Shown: positions 60,401-64,000 of the stretch, piece after piece
Numbering within the stretch: position 1 is the first letter of the stretch
Layout of the letters: each line of letters opens with the position of its first letter
From: Candidatus Enterousia sp.
GTDB taxonomy: Bacteria; Pseudomonadota; Alphaproteobacteria; Rs-D84
NCBI GenBank assembly: GCA_045637165.1
Contig: JAZTYU010000005.1
Location: forward strand, 11,282 to 75,281
DNA: 64,000 bases
Reading direction: 5' to 3'
Made by a program: the position numbers and the translations under genes
Notes under the pieces: model-generated
The model's input: only the letters and a program-made list of their open reading frames with translations
Databases searched by the model: none
Told to the model about the DNA's origin: nothing

Positions 60401-61306
60401 ATGGCACCACGTAAGAAGACAGTTGATGAATATAATTTTCCACATCCAATGGATAATGACTATCTGGTTGGACATGTGGAAACTTTGCGTAATTTTACAA
60501 ATGCCTGGGTGCAACGTGAAACGCATCCGATACATCCTGTTTGGATGCTGGCGGGTCCCAGTGGTATTGGTAAATCGACCTTGGCATATAAAATTGCCAA
60601 GATGGTATATGGCAACGTTGGTGATTTTTTTATCATTGATATCGAACGAAATCTGGACAAAGACGGTCGTCCAAAGCCCGACGGCAAGGTTATATCAGTT
60701 TATACAGTTCGTAATATGATTGATAAAATGCAGATGTCGTCCATGTCTGGCGGCTGGCGTGTTGTTTTGATTGATTCTGTTGACCAACTAAATACAGCTG
60801 CATCAAATGCAATATTAAAATTACTAGAAGAGCCACCTGCAAAAACACTGTTCCTGTTGGTTGTTCATCAGTTGTCAAATGTCTTGCCGACTGTTCGTTC
60901 ACGGGCCCGTGTTGAAAAAATGCGACCACTATCGATATCCCAGTTGCGTGAACTGTGTGCAAAATTTATCCCCGAAGACGAAGTTAGCACCGCAACACTT
61001 CGACTGGCAAACGGCAGTTTTGGCAAGATTGCAAACCTGAAACGTTCTGGCGGCGATGTGATTCACAATGAACTAATAGAAATCTTGTCGGACCAGCGTT
61101 CGACCAGTGCAGACGTAATGACGTTGGCTAAAAAGATTTCCTCTGCACCTGAATTGTACGGGATTTTACTGGACGCAGTGGCATATTTTGGATTGGCAGA
61201 TTTGTATCCTGTTGCCACACGTGCACTTGCCGATATCAAGACACTAAATCTAGAGGCCGAAACAGGCATTTTCAAGATTATTATGGAAATAAAAAAATGT
61301 TTATAG
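60401..61306 (+). CDS. holB: DNA polymerase III subunit delta'
   Basis: GPSGIGKST, NAILKLLEEPP, LPTVRSRA. Confidence 0.88.
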   Translation: MAPRKKTVDEYNFPHPMDNDYLVGHVETLRNFTNAWVQRETHPIHPVWMLAGPSGIGKSTLAYKIAKMVYGNVGDFFIIDIERNLDKDGRPKPDGKVISVYTVRNMIDKMQMSSMSGGWRVVLIDSVDQLNTAASNAILKLLEEPPAKTLFLLVVHQLSNVLPTVRSRARVEKMRPLSISQLRELCAKFIPEDEVSTATLRLANGSFGKIANLKRSGGDVIHNELIEILSDQRSTSADVMTLAKKISSAPELYGILLDAVAYFGLADLYPVATRALADIKTLNLEAETGIFKIIMEIKKCL

Positions 61307-62055
61307 ATACCCACTGCCATTTAACAGAAAACTATAACGATGGTTCTGATGCGGTTGATGTGATAAAACGTGCGGTTGCATCGGGTGTTGGTGTTATGAT
61401 TTGCCCAACGGCCGACCCTGCGGATATTTCATCTGCGATACGCTTGGCAAACGAACACAAGAATATCTTTTGCACAATCGGCATTCATCCAGAATACGCC
61501 CCTGTGGACGCAGCATTGCATTTAACAGATAGTGTTTTGACAAATCCACGGGTTGTTGGCGTTGGTGAAATTGGTCTGGATTATCATTGTGGCACAGAAA
61601 CAAGAACGCAGCAAATCGCATTGTTTGAACAGCAACTTGAAATCGCACGACGTTTTAAATTACCTGTTGCAATTCATACACGTGATGCAGAATCGGACAC
61701 GTCTGCAATATTAAAGGGCGACATTACTGGTGTTATGCATTGTTATACCAGTTCCTATGACCTGGCAAAAAAAATGCTAGACCGTGGTTTTTATTTTTCG
61801 GCCAGTGGGATTTTGACCTTCAAGAACGCATCTGACATTCGTGAAATATTTGCCAAGATTCCACTTGATAGACTTGTGATTGAAACAGACGCCCCATATT
61901 GTGCACCTGTTCCATATCGGGGCAGGGTGTGCGAGCCATCTATGGTTGTTGAAACAGCACGTTGTCTGGCCGATATAAAGGGCTTGCCTTTGTCTGAATT
62001 GGAAACTATACTGATGGACAATGTAAAAAGATTATACCCAAAGATAGAATTATAA
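61297..62055 (+). CDS. tatD: TatD-family DNase/hydrolase (paralog 2, canonical)
   Basis: FIDTHCHL, GEIGLDYH, IHTRDA, ETDAPY. 10-nt overlap with holB. Confidence 0.9.
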   Translation: MFIDTHCHLTENYNDGSDAVDVIKRAVASGVGVMICPTADPADISSAIRLANEHKNIFCTIGIHPEYAPVDAALHLTDSVLTNPRVVGVGEIGLDYHCGTETRTQQIALFEQQLEIARRFKLPVAIHTRDAESDTSAILKGDITGVMHCYTSSYDLAKKMLDRGFYFSASGILTFKNASDIREIFAKIPLDRLVIETDAPYCAPVPYRGRVCEPSMVVETARCLADIKGLPLSELETILMDNVKRLYPKIEL

Positions 62056-62056
62056 A

Positions 62057-62524
62057 ATGGCACGACAGATAATAAAATCAGGACAGGTTTCCGAAAACCG
62101 CAAAGCCCGCTTTAATTACAGTATAGAAGATACTATCGAAGCAGGCATTTCACTAACTGGTGCGGAAATTAAATCAATTCGTTATGGATTGGTAACTATT
62201 GTTGATGGTTTTGTTCAGCGTCGTGGTGATAATTTATTTTTGGCTGGGGTTGAAATTCAGAAACTACCAACGGCGGCCCGTATTGTAAATTTTGACGAGC
62301 GTCGTTCCCGCCAGTTATTACTACATCGCAATCAAATAAACCGCTTGATTGGAAAGTTGCAAGAAAAGGGTGCGACAATTGTTCCGTTAAAATTGTATTT
62401 CAACAATCGTGGCAAGTTAAAGGTTTTACTTGGTGTTGGCTATGGTAAAAACAAGGTCGATAAGCGTGAAACAATCAAGCGACGTGAATGGGATAAAAAC
62501 AAGGCACGTTTGTTAAAAGGCTAA
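62057..62524 (+). CDS. smpB: SsrA-binding protein SmpB
   Basis: NRKARFNY.I....AGI.L.G.EIKS.R; QLLLHR.QI..L. Confidence 0.95.
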   Translation: MARQIIKSGQVSENRKARFNYSIEDTIEAGISLTGAEIKSIRYGLVTIVDGFVQRRGDNLFLAGVEIQKLPTAARIVNFDERRSRQLLLHRNQINRLIGKLQEKGATIVPLKLYFNNRGKLKVLLGVGYGKNKVDKRETIKRREWDKNKARLLKG

Positions 62525-62560
62525 TAATTTTACTGTTCTTCAAAAAACAGCAGACAAAAA

Positions 62561-63709
62561 TTATGCGTTTTGTCCTGCAACACGACCACTGGCCCATGCC
62601 CATTGCAGATTAAATCCGCCTAAATCACCTGCGATATCCAACACTTCCCCTGCCCAGAATAATCCAGGACATAATTTTGATTCCATTGTTTTAGACGATA
62701 TTTCGTCTGTGCTAACGCCGCCTTGAACGATTTCAGCACTGGCCAGTGAATGGTATTTAATCGACTTACCATCAATTTTGATGTTGCATATTTTTTGAAT
62801 AATTTGTGTGATTTCTGAATCTTTCATGTCGGCAATATTTTTATTGTTGTTGCCAACTGCCCATTTAACAATCTTGCTTGGTAAATATTCACCCAGAATA
62901 CTTGCGATTGATTTTTTCCCGATTGTTCGTTTGGCATGCTTTAATTTTTTCAGCAAATCAATATTCGGAACCAGGTTTATAGTTAAATTATTATCTGCAA
63001 AGTCAAATAAACTTGCACGGTATGCTGCCGGACCACCAATTCCAACATGCGTAAACAGCAAAGAATCCATAACAGAATTTTTCCCAACTGTAATTTCTGC
63101 GTCTAATGAAATTCCCGCAAATTCTGTTGGGAGCAGCTGAAAATCCAACGGACACAGCCCCGGTTTGACTTGAACAATTTTATGTCCAAATTTTCGGGCA
63201 ATTTTATATCCTATATCCGATACGCCCAGTGAATCAAAAGATGTTCCGCCGCTTGCAACAATCAGCGAACGTCCTGAATAACCGTTGACGTTAAATAAAT
63301 CGTCTGATTTATGAACGTCGTAAATTTTTTCATTAAACTTAAAATCTGCTGTTGCGGCATCTTGCATCAAGGCTTTGACAACCGCCATCGCCCCGTCATC
63401 ACAGAAATATCGTCCAGGTGTCTTTTGGCTTAAATTCAAGTTATGCTGTGTTGCCCAGTCCAAAATATCATATGGCGACACACGACTAAGTGCACCACGA
63501 ACAAAGTTTGGATTTTTGCTAAAATATCGTGTGTGATTTGCTGCTGTGTTCGTGATATTGCAGCGTCCGCCCCCTGATACCGAAACCTTGCGGGCAGGGC
63601 GTTTTCCCATATCAAGCACCAGGGCAGATTTTCCCCGTCCAACAACTTGTGCGGCGGCAGCTAATCCTGCTGCACCTGCACCGATAATAATAACGTCATA
63701 AATCTTCAT
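62561..63709 (-). CDS. HI0933/BaiN-family FAD-dependent oxidoreductase
   Basis: YDVIIIGAGAAGL dinucleotide motif, GGGRCN, and C-terminal GEVLDIAGDLGGFNLQWAWASG. Confidence 0.85.
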   Translation of the reverse strand: MKIYDVIIIGAGAAGLAAAAQVVGRGKSALVLDMGKRPARKVSVSGGGRCNITNTAANHTRYFSKNPNFVRGALSRVSPYDILDWATQHNLNLSQKTPGRYFCDDGAMAVVKALMQDAATADFKFNEKIYDVHKSDDLFNVNGYSGRSLIVASGGTSFDSLGVSDIGYKIARKFGHKIVQVKPGLCPLDFQLLPTEFAGISLDAEITVGKNSVMDSLLFTHVGIGGPAAYRASLFDFADNNLTINLVPNIDLLKKLKHAKRTIGKKSIASILGEYLPSKIVKWAVGNNNKNIADMKDSEITQIIQKICNIKIDGKSIKYHSLASAEIVQGGVSTDEISSKTMESKLCPGLFWAGEVLDIAGDLGGFNLQWAWASGRVAGQNA

Positions 63710-63732
63710 AAATATAATTCTATCACAAGACA

Positions 63733-63765
63733 GAAAAAAATCCATCCAAACGGACGGATTTTTAA
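63733..63765 (-). terminator. intrinsic terminator after tRNA(CAU)
   Basis: Minus strand ATCCGTCC-GTTT-GGATGGAT, followed by T7. The G-U pair forms only on the minus-strand RNA. Confidence 0.7.
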
Positions 63766-63768
63766 TCT

Positions 63769-63844
63769 TGGTGGGTTAGGTAGGACTTGAACCCACGACC
63801 AAAGCGTTATGAGCGCTCCGCTCTAACCACTGAGCTACTAACCC
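63769..63844 (-). tRNA. elongator-type tRNA with anticodon CAU (Met or lysidine-modified Ile2), CCA encoded
   Basis: Hand-folded, 76 nt. G1-C72 pair and no GGG/CCC in the anticodon stem, so not an initiator. Met versus Ile2 cannot be decided by eye. Confidence 0.85.
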
Positions 63845-63921
63845 ACGTCGCCCATTATATATAAAATAAAAAATCGTGCAAGATAAAAATTATTTTATTC
63901 TAATTTATTTATCTTTGTGCA

Positions 63922-64000
63922 ATGATTCTGGCTATGGGTGAACTTGTTCCGATTTTAAATGCAACACAAATGGCGGCGTTCGATGCTATTGAACGCACAA
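63922..64000 (+). CDS. start of an unidentified gene running off the window (LNxxQxxA motif as in UvrD/Rep-type helicase N-termini)
   Basis: ATG 63922, MILAMGELVPILNATQMAAFDAIERT. Only 26 codons are visible. Confidence 0.2.
   Translation, partial: MILAMGELVPILNATQMAAFDAIERT

Noticed and set aside
62525-62560. Looked for tmRNA (ssrA) next to smpB, and for SRP/6S-like RNA in the rnj leader
   Set aside because: The smpB-downstream spacer is only 36 nt. No tRNA-like acceptor/T-arm, tag ORF or SRP domain-IV motif (GGAA tetraloop with AGCA/GGA loops) was found.

Overview
This window is a dense, mostly housekeeping chromosomal segment from a diderm bacterium. BamD, RlpA, MurJ, a beta-barrel OMP and several lipobox proteins support the diderm call. 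The protein signatures (GroEL/GroES, IHF-alpha, RNase J, a sigma-32-type groESL promoter with no CIRCE) look most like Alphaproteobacteria or a related symbiont-like lineage. That placement is my reading of motifs, not a database search. I can support about 70 CDSs, 5 tRNAs (Gly-GCC, Arg-CCU, Arg-CCG, Ser-GGA, CAU), and many stereotyped CCCC-loop-GGGG intrinsic terminators. I also see several near-consensus sigma-70 promoters and the classical programmed +1 frameshift in prfB. I found no CRISPR array, IS element, prophage block, rRNA or long repeat. There is no clear multi-gene novel system here. The best candidates for something undescribed are listed below.

- A 466-aa divergent RelA/SpoT-like (pol-beta nucleotidyltransferase fold) protein, apparently co-transcribed with lysS behind a leader that carries its own intrinsic terminator.
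- A composite Lys/Ala-tail, CxC-cluster, TM and EF-hand protein.
- A SAMHD1/dGTPase-type HD protein lying convergent with a free-standing NUMOD4/HNH endonuclease next to tRNA-Ser.
- A long-insert dCTP deaminase tightly coupled to an orphan ORF.
- An AlaRS that lacks the C-Ala domain.
- Apparent leaderless genes, where a TATAAT box sits 6-7 nt upstream of the ATG with no SD.
- A structured ~215-nt region upstream of rnj.

All functional calls come from motif recognition by eye, and none was verified by search.
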